Positions 25,101 to 37,093 are shown, numbered from the stretch's first letter. The stretch: DNA of 64,000 nucleotides from Mobula hypostoma (GCF_963921235.1 NC_086109.1:7690001-7754000), one strand, 5' to 3'. The notes: generated by a model not told the origin, from the sequence alone. Numbers and translations are program-made.

Positions 25101-26677
25101 GTTGTAGCAGGCCCTTCCGGCCCAAGGAGACCACACCACCAATTGCACCCATGTGACCAATTAACCTTCTGTCCCATATATCATGGACATTCCTATGGGG
25201 AGAACACGCAAACTCCTTGCAGACAGCGATGGAAACTGAGACCAGGGCACTGGCGCTGTAATAGAATTATGCTATCATCCCAAACCATTCCCCCCACCCA
25301 ATTATGTGCCTCGGCAAGATTCATTCTTATTGTAACTACTGATGCCAAATACCCCACCTTGTGTCTCAACGTGGCCAGCATTATCATTCCCAACCACCAG
25401 ATTTTGATTCTAAGATGAGGTTGGAAGAAAAGTAAGAGGGGAAAACTTTTTGGCGTATACAGGACATTTCACGTCATCTCAAAGTGTTCAAGCTCCGTAG
25501 AGTAGTTTTACAAGCCTGGTCACTGTAGGAAACGTGGCAGCAAGCTCCTATCAACAGAAATAGAAAAATGGCCAGAAAATTAGTGTTAATATAATTGAAT
25601 GAGGGAAAAATACTCATCAAGACACCAGAGACAGCTGAGGACTCAGTCATCTCAATCACAGACACAATCCTCCCAGCCTCCAGGACATCTTCAAGAGGAC
25701 CTTCACCATTCAGGTCAAGCCCTCTTGTCATTACTACCGTCAGGGAGGAGGTACAGGACCTTGAAGACACACACACAATGATTCAGGAACAGTTTCTTCC
25801 CCTCTGCCAGCAGATTTCCCAATGGTCCATGAATTCATGAAAACTGCCTTATTTTTCCTTTTCTCCCCACTACTTATTTATCTTGTAATTTATAGTAATT
25901 TGTAATGTTTTTACACTGCACCGCTGCTGCAGAACAACAAATTTCATGACTATGTTAATGATGATAAACTTGATTCGGAGAATTCTTCGCCTAAAGTGCA
26001 CTTTCTGACCATGTACCCTAACATCCCTCGGTTAGACTTCTTACCAGTATTACGCTATCAAAGCAATTCTGCATAGCCGAGAGTTCTGTGCTCAATTCTC
26101 CAGTGTGGGACTTAAACCCACCACCTAATGAGTCAGAGGTGAGAGGGCCTCCCACCGAGCAATGACGCTGAGGTGATCCCTGAACTCTCCCAGCTTTTCT
26201 CAGCTTAATGCGTGAGGCTGTCATCAGCTCTGCAGGACATAGCTCCCACTCCCACCAAATGCAGATCCGAACTTTTATTTTTGATTATTCATTCAGGAGG
26301 CGTGGGAGGAAGAGGCAAGAACAAGAGACAAGACCAGCATCTATTCGCCACCCTTAATTGCTGTGGAGAAGGTGGAGGTGAATGGCTTCCTTGAACTGCT
26401 GCAGTCTGTGTAAAGATGTTTCTAACTCTCCCACTCAGCAACTTCAGTAAAGGCTCTATTAACTAAAATACCTTCCTACTCTGCTCTTTCACTTGCTCCG
26501 AAGTCTGCATACCTTAAGCAATAACAAATGACCCATCAATCCCTCCTTCAAGATTAAGGATCAAAGATCAACTTTATTTGCCATATACATTTACATTTTA
26601 TTAGAAATTTGCTATGGCGTGTTGACACAACATGCAACAAAGAACAACAATATCCAGCAATAAATATGGACTGGTGA

Positions 26678-27185
26678 TTGTCTATCGTGTCGGACAATGA
26701 CAGGAGACCTGTGAGCAAGAATTGTTTAAGTGGAAAAGCCACTGCACTGGGGCAATTCCACTCTCTCAACCTTTGAAGTCCGGGTCCAGTGATATGGGCA
26801 AGCTTCACAATCTGGGAGCTTCCTTGGTTGCACTGGAAGACCATGACATCTTCTGTGCCTTGTCATGCCCTTCACTCTCCACAGAGCGTTGCAGAACTAC
26901 CTTCCTGGCCGTTGGATCTCACTGTAGATCGCATCCGCACAGTCCACCATATCTGACGTCACAAGCTGGGACAGGCTGGTCAATATCTCATCGGGGTACG
27001 AGGCCACCGGCTGCCCTCACCTGGTTTAGCCCCCCTGTCGAAGTGGTGTACAGGGGTATGGGTGTTGTCACATGCAAACAGCCACTTGGAGCCACAGGTG
27101 AGAGCTGAGTGCCTTCCCCAGAATGGACATGGCAAGTCCTTTCACCAGAGGTGCTACCCCTCCCTGGGCACCCTATACACCCAAT
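26678..27185 (-). mobile_element. Non-autonomous RTE 5' UTR-type element with HDV-like ribozyme fold
   Basis: On the minus strand CTCACCTG pairs with CAGGTGAG, GCTAAA precedes the 3' strand, and AGGGGTA pairs with TACCCCT. Family assignment is from memory of RTE 5' UTRs. Confidence 0.55.
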
Positions 27186-27659
27186 ATATTCCAATTACAT
27201 AGAATAAATCGTGCATAACTACATAAACACCAGCTTGTACTTTCAACGTAAACAGCGTTATAAAAACTGATTTAAAAAGTTTCAGCTTAATGGCTCTACC
27301 ACCACCACCCCCCACCCATACACACGCACCCCATCCAAAACTCTGAAGCTCCAGGGGTCTGAATCTTCAAAATCAGAATCACTGACAGATGGGTCTTGGC
27401 CCAAAACATCGACTCTTTATTCCTTTCCTGAGATGTTGAGTCCCACCAGCATTAATTTGTTGTTTGGCAACAGCAGTACACTGCAATACATAAAAAAAAT
27501 CTCTGACTTACAATAAGAAAATAAATAAGTAGCATGAAAAGAGAGCAAAATACTAAGGTTGAGTTCATAGGTTCATGGGCCATTCAAAAATCTGATGAAA
27601 TCTTCAACTCCAAAAGCTTTCCAGTATGGTTCTCATGCAAGCTCAAGGCAGCCTGTTAT

Positions 27660-28080
27660 GTTAGATTAGATTAGCTTCAACTTTATTGTCATTGTGTCGA
27701 ATACAGACACAAAGCCAATGAAATGCAGTTAGTATCTAACCAGAAATGCAAAGAATAGTGTTATTTACAAAATAACTGTGAATAAAAAGTAAGTGCTACA
27801 GCACACAAATATAAAAGTACTGAGACAGTACAATATGGGTGTAATACTACTTAGCGCTGTGATGTGAGGTTCAGCAGGGTCACAACCTCAGGGAAGAAGC
27901 TCTTCCTGTGCCTGCTGGTGTGGGAGCGGAGGCTCCTGTAGTGCCTACTGGATGGGAGGAGAGTAAAAAGTCCATGGTTAGTGGGAGATGCATCCTTGAT
28001 AATGCTTTTCGCCCTGCCCAGGCAGCGTTTATAGTAGATGTTCTCAATGATGGGCAATTGGGTGCTGATAATCATTATGT
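27660..28080 (-). mobile_element. Rex1/Babar 3' end
   Basis: RCLGRAKSIIKDAS..HGLFTLLPS.RHYRSLRSHTSRHRKSFFPEVVTLLN. Confidence 0.85.
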
Positions 28081-28084
28081 GCTG

Positions 28085-28442
28085 AGTTTGTTCTTCACTC
28101 CTTCTGTGCCATGTCGTATGAAAAGGGCAATCACAGTCTTTGACCATGATTGTTCTTCGCAAATCTTTCTCCAGACGTGGTTTGCCATTGCCTTCTTCTG
28201 GGCAGTGTCTTTACAAGACAGGTGACCCCAGCCATTATCAATACTCTTCAGAGATTGTCTGCCTGATGTCAGTGGTCACATAATCAGGACTTGTGATGTG
28301 AACCGGCTGCTCATATGGTTTCACATGACCCTGATCGAGGGGCTAAGCAGGTGCTACACCTTGACCTAGGGTGACCTGCAAGCTGGCGGAGGGAAGGAGC
28401 ACCTCACACCTCCTTTGATAGAGACATATCTTCACCCTGCCA
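28085..28442 (-). mobile_element. Family A non-autonomous RTE derivative
   Basis: Aligns with 1-295 and with the reverse complement of 35070-35440. Confidence 0.78.
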
Positions 28443-28859
28443 CCCAAATATGCTGAACAGCGCACACAAAATGTTGGAGGAATTCAGCGGGTCAGGCAGC
28501 ATCTTCAGAGAGAAATAAAGAGCCAACATTTTGGTCCGAGTCCCTTCATCGAGATAGCCCTGTAATATTCTGAGTTGGATCTTCCACAAGCAGATGAAAT
28601 AATTCCAATAAAGACACTGATCTGTTAACTCTGTTCCTCACTCCACAGACGTACACAAAAACACAAGAAAACAGGAGCAGGAATAGGGCCACTCAAGCTG
28701 CCCCACCTTTCTGTATAATCATGGCTGATCTAAACTGGCCACAACTCCTCTTCTGCGCCAGGTACTTTTTAAATATAGTTTAACTTCATTTGTCACATAT
28801 ATAACAAAACATACAGCAAAATGCATCATTTGCATCATTTGTATGGGGGGGGGTGGTTT

Positions 28860-29320
28860 GGCTACTGCACAGGGTGGAAGTAAGCTGCAGAGGGTTGTAA
28901 ACTTATTCAGCTCCATCATAGGGTCCAGCCTCCATAGTATCCAGGACACCTTCAAGGAGCGATGCCTCAGAAAGGCGGCGTCCATCATTAAGGACCCCCA
29001 TCACCCAGAACATGCCCTCTTCTCATTGCTACCATCAGGAAGGAGGTACAGGAGCCTGAAGGCACACACTCAACGATTCAGGAACAGCTTCTTCCCCTCT
29101 GCCATCTGATTTCTGAATGGACATTGAACCCATGAACACTACCTCACTACTTTTTATTTCTATATCTTTGCACTACTTATTTAATTTAACTATTATATAT
29201 ATATTTACTGTAATTCACAGTTTTTTTTCTACATTATCATGTATTGCATTGTACAGCTGCTGTAAAGTTAACAAATTTCACGACATATGCCAGTGATATT
29301 AAACTTGATTCTGATTCTGA
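28860..29320 (+). mobile_element. Rex1/Babar 3' fragment (high-copy short form)
   Basis: KAASIIKDPHHPEHALFSLLPSGRRYRSLKAHTQRFRNSFFPSAI and an (ATTCTG)n tail. Related pieces near 25660, 33330(-), 37220, 40790, 42220, 47280(-), 60680(-) and 62810. Confidence 0.85.
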
Positions 29321-29876
29321 AATCATAATCAGTGAGGATTATGTTAGGCACCAGTATAGTATGCCCACAACTCCCATAACCCACACTCTTTCAAATATGT
29401 CTCTATCCTCAGCTCAAAGAATCTGATGGTCTGCACACCACCATCCTTGGGGACAGAGATTTCCACGGGTTTACTACAGTCTTGAGAAAAGGTTGAAAGG
29501 ATTCAGGGGAACGTGAAGGGGAACTTCTTCACTCCGAGAGTAATGAAGGGATGGAACGAGCTGCCAGCACAAGTAGTGGATGCAATCTTACTTTCAACAT
29601 TCAAGAGAAGATTGGGCAGGTACGTGGATGGGAGAGGTATGGAGGGTTATGAGACAGGTCAATGGGAGAAGGCAATTTAACTGGGTCGGCAGAGACTGAA
29701 TGCGCCTGTTTCAGTGTTGTAGTTTTCTATGACTCTAAAAGAAATATCTTCATACCTCAGTTTTGGAGTCTATTATTAAGAACAAGGTTCGGGGTACTTG
29801 GAGACAGATGATAAAGTAGGCCATAGTCAACATGCTTTCCTTAGTGGAAACCTTGCATGAAAAATCTGTTAGAATT

Positions 29877-30104
29877 GTACAGGTATCAATTTTAACCGAC
29901 ATTTTGATGACAAACACTGATATCTTCATCAGGGACAATGGCTAGGTATGTCTAGTCCTGGGGAACTGGGCATGCCCAGGCGTCATCCCTGATGAAGATG
30001 GCAGAGTTTGACATTGAAACGTTTTTTAAAATTAATATCTATACCCGGCTGGAAGCCTGAGAAGTTTATTAGTCATATATGCCGGGAAAGCACTAGATCC
30101 TTTT
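29877..30104 (+). mobile_element. Small fold-back Penelope-like element with hammerhead motifs on both strands (family P2)
   Basis: Perfect 12-bp TSD TCTGTTAGAATT at 29865-29876 and 30105-30116. Inverted arms at about 29877-29936 and 29985-30045. Tail GCCGGGAAAGCACTAGATCCTTTT. Confidence 0.8.
29987..30023 (+). ncRNA. Minimal hammerhead ribozyme motif (partly decayed)
   Basis: CTGATGA - stem II (GATGGCA...TGACATT) - GAAAC GTT. Confidence 0.55.
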
Positions 30105-31959
30105 TCTGTTAGAATTCTTTGAGGAAATAATGGGCAGGATAGACAAAGGAGAGTCAGTGGATGTCTTGTACTTAGATTTTCAGAAGACCTTTGACAAAGT
30201 GCCACACATGAGGCTACGTAATAAGATAAGGGTCCATGACTGAATGGCAAAGAGAGGGAACAATGGGACATATTCTGGTTGGCTGCTGGTAACCTGTGGT
30301 GTTCCGCAGGGTGTGGTCTTGGGACCACTACTTTTCACATGATATGTCAGCACTGTGGATGGCGCAATTAATGGCATTGTGGCCAAGTTTTCAGATGATA
30401 CAAAATTAGGGGGAGCGGCAGGTCGCGTTGAGGAAGCAGGGAGTCTGCAGAAGGAGAGTGGGCAAAGAAGTGATAGATGGAATAAAGAGTAGGGAAATGT
30501 CTGGTCATGAACCTTGGTAGAAGGAATAAAGGAGTAGACTATTTTCTAAATGGGCAGAAAATTCAAAAATAAGAGGAGCCCAGGGACTTGGGATTACTTG
30601 TGTAGTTTGAGTTGGTGGTAAGGAAAGCAAACACGATGTCATCATTTATTTTGAGAGGGCTAGGATGTAAAAGCAAGGATGTGATGCAGAGGCTTTATAA
30701 GGCACTTGTCACTTGGAGTATTGTGAGCAGTTTTAGACCCCTTATCTAAGAAAAGATGTACTGGCATTGGAGAGGGTCCAGAGAAGGTTCACGAGAACGA
30801 TCCCAGGAATGCAGGAGTTAATGATTGAGGGTTAAGCATACAACTGAAACAAAACCTCCCTATTTTTAAACTCCAGGCCCTCTATAATAAAGGCTAACAT
30901 GCTTCTTAGCAAGTTGGATCTCGTATATCTCTTTTTGATTGAACGGTTAGATACCCCTTAAGATTCATTCAAATTCAACCTCTCATTTGGATAAAACTCC
31001 ACAATTTCATTCTTCTTACTGAAATGCAAGACCTTGAACGTCCCCACATTCAACTCCCTTTCCCAGGTTTTCACCCAATCACTTGATTTGTCCATTTCCC
31101 TTTGCAGAATCACCATGTCCTCATCAGAACCTGCCTGTCTTCATACTTTTGTATCATCGGTAAACTTGGGAATCTGAAATTTTATTCCTCCTTCAGGTCA
31201 TTAATGTAAATAGTGATGACTAAGGACTAAGAACCAATCCTGGGGAACTCCATTAGTCATATCCTGATCTATCTGGAGGTTGTCATGATATATGCTGATG
31301 ATATTAAATCTGATTTTGATTCTACTGACCTCTCTCTGGTTAAATAATTTGTCCCTCAGAAGTCTCTCCCCTCTCACCCTAAAACCCATGCCCTCTAGTT
31401 CTTGACTCCACAATCCTGGGGAAAAGGTTATACAGTAGGTTACATAGTCGGCACAGTGTTGTGGGCCAAAGGGCCTGTAATGTGCTGTAGTTTTCTATAT
31501 TTCTATATAATGCCCCTCATGAATTTATACATCTTGATAAGATTTGCCTAAACTCCAACGAAAAGGGTCCCAGCATGTCTAACTTCTCGCTATAACTCAG
31601 TGAAAGTAAATGCTGTACAGTATCTGCTGCCAAATACTGCCCTGGGATTCCTTTGTCTTGCAGGCAATTGCAGGGAAAATAAAGAAATACGATTGAATCT
31701 ATGACAAAGTATAGAACTGATGAACAAGCAATGTGCAAAAGAAGACAGAAGGTCTATAAGTAAAATAAGTAAATAGTACTGAGAACATGAGTTGTAGAGT
31801 CCTTGAAAGTGAGTCTGTAGGTTGTGGAGTCAGTTCAGAGTTGTGCTGAGTGAAATGATGAATTCAGTCCCTCGACTCCAGGTACCAACATTGTAAGTCT
31901 TTTTTTATGCCCTTTGTGGTTAAATAATGTCTTTTCTATAACGGGGGTGAGCAGAAATC

Positions 31960-32465
31960 AGAATCAGAATCATTTATTAATGTAATGAAATTTGTTGTCT
32001 TTGCTGCAACAGTACCATGCAATACATAATATAGAAAAAAAAACACAAATTATAGTAGGTATATACATAATGGTTAAATTAAATAAATAGTGCAAAAGTA
32101 GAAATGGAAAAGTAGTGAGGTTGTGTTCCTGGGTTCAATGTCTGTTTAGGAATCGGATGGCAGATGGGAAGAAGCTGTTCCTGAATCGTTGAGTGTGTAG
32201 CTTCAGGCTTATGTACCTCCTCCCTGATGGTAGCAGTGAGAACAGGGCATGTCCCAGGTGGTGGGGGTCCTTAATGATGGACGCAGCCTTTTTGAGGCAT
32301 CGCTCCTTGAAGATGTCCCGGCTACTACGGAGGCTCGTGCTCATGATGCAGCTGACTAAAGTTACAACTCTTTGCAGCTTATTTCGATCCTGCGTAGTAG
32401 ACCCTTCCCCCAAAGCCAGACGGTGATGCAGCCAGTTAGAATGCTGTCCACGGTACATCTGTAGA
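31960..32465 (-). mobile_element. Rex1/Babar 3' fragment
   Basis: ERCLKKAASIIKDPHHLGHALFSLLPSGRRY...RFRNSFFPSAIRFLN. Confidence 0.85.
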
Positions 32466-33752
32466 ATTGAATACCATATTCCAAGCTTGACTTCACCAAT
32501 GTCTTTTACAACTGCAGCATCCTGTGGGAAAATCAAATTAAATGATCTGCTATCTAAACCTTTGCCATGGCAGTGGGATCGAGATTTCACTTGAATATTT
32601 GCTTTACATGATAAGAAATGATGCAAAAATTCCTTTCCTTAAATTCTCTTTGAACTTGTATTGCTATGGTTACGGTAACAAATCCAAAGGCTCTCATCCA
32701 CAAAAATATTATCTGGTTGTCACAACCAAACTCACGATCTACTGGAAGGGTTCCTTATGACAAGGATATATTTTGAGAATTAAATTATCAAAGGCAGTTT
32801 ATCTCACCTGTCTATTGCAAGCCATTATTTTTTTTTATCTCTTATGCAAATCCTAAAGTTGCTAAACCCTCCAGCAACAGCTTACAGATTTCTGTCCTTT
32901 TCATCTTTTTGGTTCTGACACTCGAAGAGATGACATGGTTGTAGATAACTCAAGCTGGTCTTTTGATCACAGGGTTTATAAAGACATAAAAAGTTCTCAA
33001 GCATAGAGACATAATTAGGTACAGAGATAAGAATGTATACCCAGAATCAGATTGATTTATTTATTTAGCATTACAGTGCAGAATAGGCTATTCTGCCCCT
33101 TTGAGCCATGCTGCCCCAGCAGACCCGATTTGACCCTAACCTAATCACAGGACAATATACAATGACCAATTAACATACCTCGTACGCCTTTGGACTACGG
33201 GAGGAAACCAGAGAACCCGGGGGAAACGCACACGTTCCACTGGGAACACGTACAGAGACTCCTTAGTTGAAAAATTGAACTCCAAGCTCTGGAACACCCT
33301 GAGCTGTAACTGCTCTGCTACCATCGAGAAATTTTACAACAACAGTACAGTGCAAAGCATAAAGTTTACTATAACTCGCAAACTCAGAGAGCAAAGTTGT
33401 GAGGTTGTGTTCATGGACCGTTCAGAAATTTGATGGTGGAGGGCAGGAAGCTGCCCCTAAAACATTGAGCGTGCAAAAAGAGAGCAAACTACTGAGGTAA
33501 TATTTATGGGTTTCACGGACTGTTCAGAAATTTGCTGCTCCTAAAATGGTGAGTGAGAGCCTTCAGGCCCCTGTGCCTCCTCCATGATGGTAGTAACGAG
33601 AAGAGGGCATGTTCCAAATGATGAGGATCCTTGCTACCTTTCTGGGGCAGCACCATTTAAAGATGTTCTTGACAGTGGGGATGCCAGTGCCCATGATGGA
33701 GTTGACTACTGACACGATTGGGACAGGATTCTTAAAGTAACATGATTGAACT

Positions 33753-34368
33753 ATCATCAAAATTGCTGGTGAACGCAGCAGGCCAGGCAGCATCTCTAGG
33801 AAGAGGTACAGTCGACGTTTCGGGCCAAGACCCTTCGTCAGGACTAACTGAAGGAAGAGCTAGTAAGAGATTTGAAAGTGGGAGAGGGAGGGGGAGATCC
33901 AAAATGACAGGAGAAGACAGGAGGGGGAGGGATGGAGCCAAGAGCTGGACAGGTGATTGGCAAAAGGGATATGAGAGGATCATGGGACAGGAGGCCCAGG
34001 GAGAAGGAAAAGGTGGGGGGGGGGAACCCAGAGGATGGGCAAGGGGTGAGAGGGACAGAGGGAGAAAAAGGAGAGTGAGAGAAAGAATGTGTGTATATAA
34101 ATAAATGACGGATGGGGTACGAGGGGGAGGTGGGGCATTAACAGAAGTTAGAGAAGTCAATGTTCATGCCATCAGGTTGGAGGCTACCCAGACGGAATAT
34201 AAAGTGTTGTTCCTCCAACCTGAGTGTGGCTTCATCTTTACAGTAGGGGAGGCCCTGGATAGACATATCAGAACGGGAATGGGATGTGGACTGGCCTACT
34301 GCATTCACCAGCAACTTTGATGTGTGTTGCTTGAATTTCCAGCATCTGCAGAATTCCTCGTGTTTACG
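33753..34368 (-). mobile_element. Penelope-like element 3' part (end of GIY-YIG + pLTR) with short inverted tail arm
   Basis: Minus frame reads HSRSDMSIQGL.YCKDEATLRLEEQHFIFRLGSLQPDGMNIDFSNF*. Plus-strand tail arm at 34291-34368. TSD core TGATTGAACT at 33743-33752 and 34369-34378. Confidence 0.9.
33810..33845 (-). ncRNA. Minimal type-I hammerhead ribozyme, intact core
   Basis: AGTC CTGACGA AGGG-TCTTGG-CCC GAAAC GTC GACT. Stem I is AGTC/GACT, stem III is the palindrome ACGT, and the cleavage triplet is GUC. Confidence 0.8.
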
Positions 34369-35069
34369 TGATTGAACTGTGACTACTTTCTCTGATTTAC
34401 CAAAGTGTGAATTGCCAAGGTTCTTTTTCATAGGGTAATAAAGAAGCAAAACCCAGAAAAGGACCATTCTGCCCACTGAGTCTGGGCTAGCCATCAACCA
34501 CCAATCCTACATCAATCCTACACTTTATTCTCCCCGGATTCTCATAACTACCCGTAGATTCTACCACTTGCCTACATCCTAGGGGCAATTCAAAGCACAG
34601 TGTCCAGTTGACCTACCAACATGAATGTCTAGGATGTGGGAGGAAATTGGAGCACTCAGAGGAAACCCTCACGTCACAAGTACTGCTATGTGCCCTGTTT
34701 CACCAAAACGTGGCTTACAACTGCTTCACTTGACTGTGCCACGAAGGCCTGAGGGCTTCTCAATTCCTCAGATGGACTATACAGCATTCTCGGGCAAAGT
34801 TAAAGGTGGAGGGGGTCTCCTCACTAAGTAGCTGTTCGAGGTGCTTAGAGCTGCAGGCCTGGAGAGGGTGCAGAAGAGGTTTACCAGGATGCTATCTCTG
34901 TAAGGGTGTGTGTGCTATAATGAGACATTGAACAAACTCGGGTTATTCTCTCTGGAGCATCAGGGGCTGAAAAGAGATTTGATAAAGGTTTATAAGTTTA
35001 TGAGAAGTATAGATAGAGTAGACAGACAGTATCTTTTTTCCTAGGGCTTCTTAGGGTATAAATGTCTGT

Positions 35070-35511
35070 AGGGTGGTGGGGTGGAGATACGTCTCTACCA
35101 AAGGAGGTGTAAGGCACTCCTTCCCTCCACTAGCCTGCAGGTCACTCTTGGGCAAGGTGTAGCACCTGCTTAGCCCCCCGATCAGGGTCATGTGAAGCCA
35201 TGGGAGCAGGTGGGGGATATATGAACAGCTGGTGCATATCATCAGTCCTGGTTATACTACCATGGACACCAGACAAACAATCTCTGAAGAGTATTGATAA
35301 TGGCTGGAGTCACCCATCTTGTAAAGACACTGCCCAGAAAAAGACAATGGCAAACCACTTCTGTGGAAAAATTTGCCAAGAACAATCATGGTCATGGAAA
35401 GATCATGATTGCCCATGGCATATGACGCAACACATAATGATGATGTCATACAACATGTCCCATAATGATGATGTCATACAACATGGCACATAATGACAAT
35501 GATGATGATGT
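35070..35511 (+). mobile_element. Family A non-autonomous RTE derivative, full length, nested in a CR1 3' end (about 34855-36155)
   Basis: 5' hairpin GGTGGAGAT/GTCTCTACC, RTE-like end triplicated, (TGA)n tail, AATGTC at both flanks. Confidence 0.8.
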
Positions 35512-35644
35512 AATGTCATTAAGGGAATGCACTTAAGGTGAGAGGGGTCGTCAAAGGAGATGTGAGGGGCAAGTTTTTTTACAGTGAGTGGCAGGTGCCT
35601 GAAATGCGCTGCCTGGGGTGTCGATAGAGGCAGATATATTAGAG

Positions 35645-35976
35645 CAGTTGTTCCCAACCTCCAGGCCCTGGACTGATACAGGGCCGTAAAGAATGCAGTG
35701 ATGCAACTGTAGCCGGAACGCACCCAGCACATCTTTAAGAAAAAAGCCGAAATAAACGAGCTAATTAATTAGGTGCCACTCGGCGCGTAAATATCGGCCC
35801 AGATCAGAAGCGATTGCCGACTGCATCGCCTCTGATCTGGGCTGACAGTTACCCGCCGGGCGGCACCTAATTAATTAGCTTGTTTATTTCGGCTTTTTTC
35901 TTAAAGACGTGCTGGGTGCGTTTCGGCTACAGCTGTATCACTGCATGCTTCGTGGCCCGGAGGTTGAGGACCACTG
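35645..35976. mobile_element. hAT (Charlie-like) palindromic MITE
   Basis: Ends CAGTTGTTCCCAACCTCC and GGAGGTTGAGGACCACTG. Nearly the whole element is an inverted repeat. 8-bp TSD (T/C)ATTAGAG. Confidence 0.9.
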
Positions 35977-36730
35977 CATTAGAGGCTTTTAAGCAACATT
36001 TAGATAGACACATGAATGTGAGGGAAATGGCAGGATATGGACTTTGTTTAGGCAAAGGGGATTCATTTAGTTGGCATTTGATTACTAATTTAATTGGTTC
36101 AGCACAAAATTGTGGGCTGAATGGCCCGTCCTTGTACTGCACTGTTTTATGTTCAATCTCTGTATCTATGACCCAGGATTCCTGAATCTGCCTAAGAGCT
36201 ATTACTCAGTTTTTCTTCTTGTGAAAATAAATGATCCAGTGCTGCTGCTCTTTATGGCTTCAGCCCCAGGAGCCTTAACTTTCAAAGCAAAGCCAGAGTG
36301 CACCTTACTGGCACTTTCCTGATTTCAGCATAATTTCTTCTTTCCTAGCACTTTTTGTCCATGGGCTTTCCTGACTTCAGCACAGTGCAAACCGGCATAT
36401 GAGGATGAAGATAATTGCACCCGAAGTCAGCAAATTATCTCACTGATCTGAAATAAAAATAAGTAGAATTCAGGGCTTGAAGGACTTGCGTAAGTAAGGT
36501 GTTTCCCTGATCCTTGGCACATTGTTATCCATCACTTGTAGCCGTGGGGAGCCTGGTGGAGGAGATCCAGCTGCAGTCAGACAACGGCTGGTCTGAAGTG
36601 AAGGAGCCACACGCCAGTGTTGCTCTGACTAAAGCTTAAAAAGGTCCCATATTTCTCGTGGACCATCTCTGCGTGTGTCATTCCTAATGGAAACTTTGGA
36701 TATGTAAGTCCGTGTGATATTGGCAACTGT

Positions 36731-37093
36731 CAATGGGTGTACAGTTTGCTTCCATCAAGAGCAATGTGACCAATGGGTGTACAGCAAGCTTCCATAAACA
36801 GCTAACTGACCAATGGTTTTACAGTTTGCTTCCATAAACAGCAACATGACCAATGGGTGTACAGTTTGCTTCCATAAACAGCAACATGACCAATGGGTGT
36901 ACAGTTTGCTTCCATAAACAGCAACATGACCAATGGGTGTACAGTTTGCTTCCATAAAGCACAATGTGACCAATGGGTGTACAGTTTGCTTCCATTAACA
37001 GCAACATGACCAATGGGTGTACAGTTTGCTTCCATAAACAGCAACATGACCAATGGGTGTACAGTTTGCTTCCATAAAGCACAATGTGACCAA
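36731..37093. repeat. 40-bp minisatellite, 9 units
   Basis: Unit CAATGGGTGTACAGTTTGCTTCCATAAACAGCAACATGAC with exact 40-bp period. Confidence 0.97.

Larger units (their letters stand above)
29745..30830 (+). mobile_element. Old CR1 RT fragment, interrupted at 29877-30104
   Basis: Degenerate YLDFQK.FDKVPH and GVPQG.VLGP motifs. Confidence 0.8.

Noticed and set aside
36731..37093. CRISPR-like array
   Set aside because: The units are contiguous 40-mers with only two recurrent variants and no unique spacers. There are no cas genes and the context is vertebrate.
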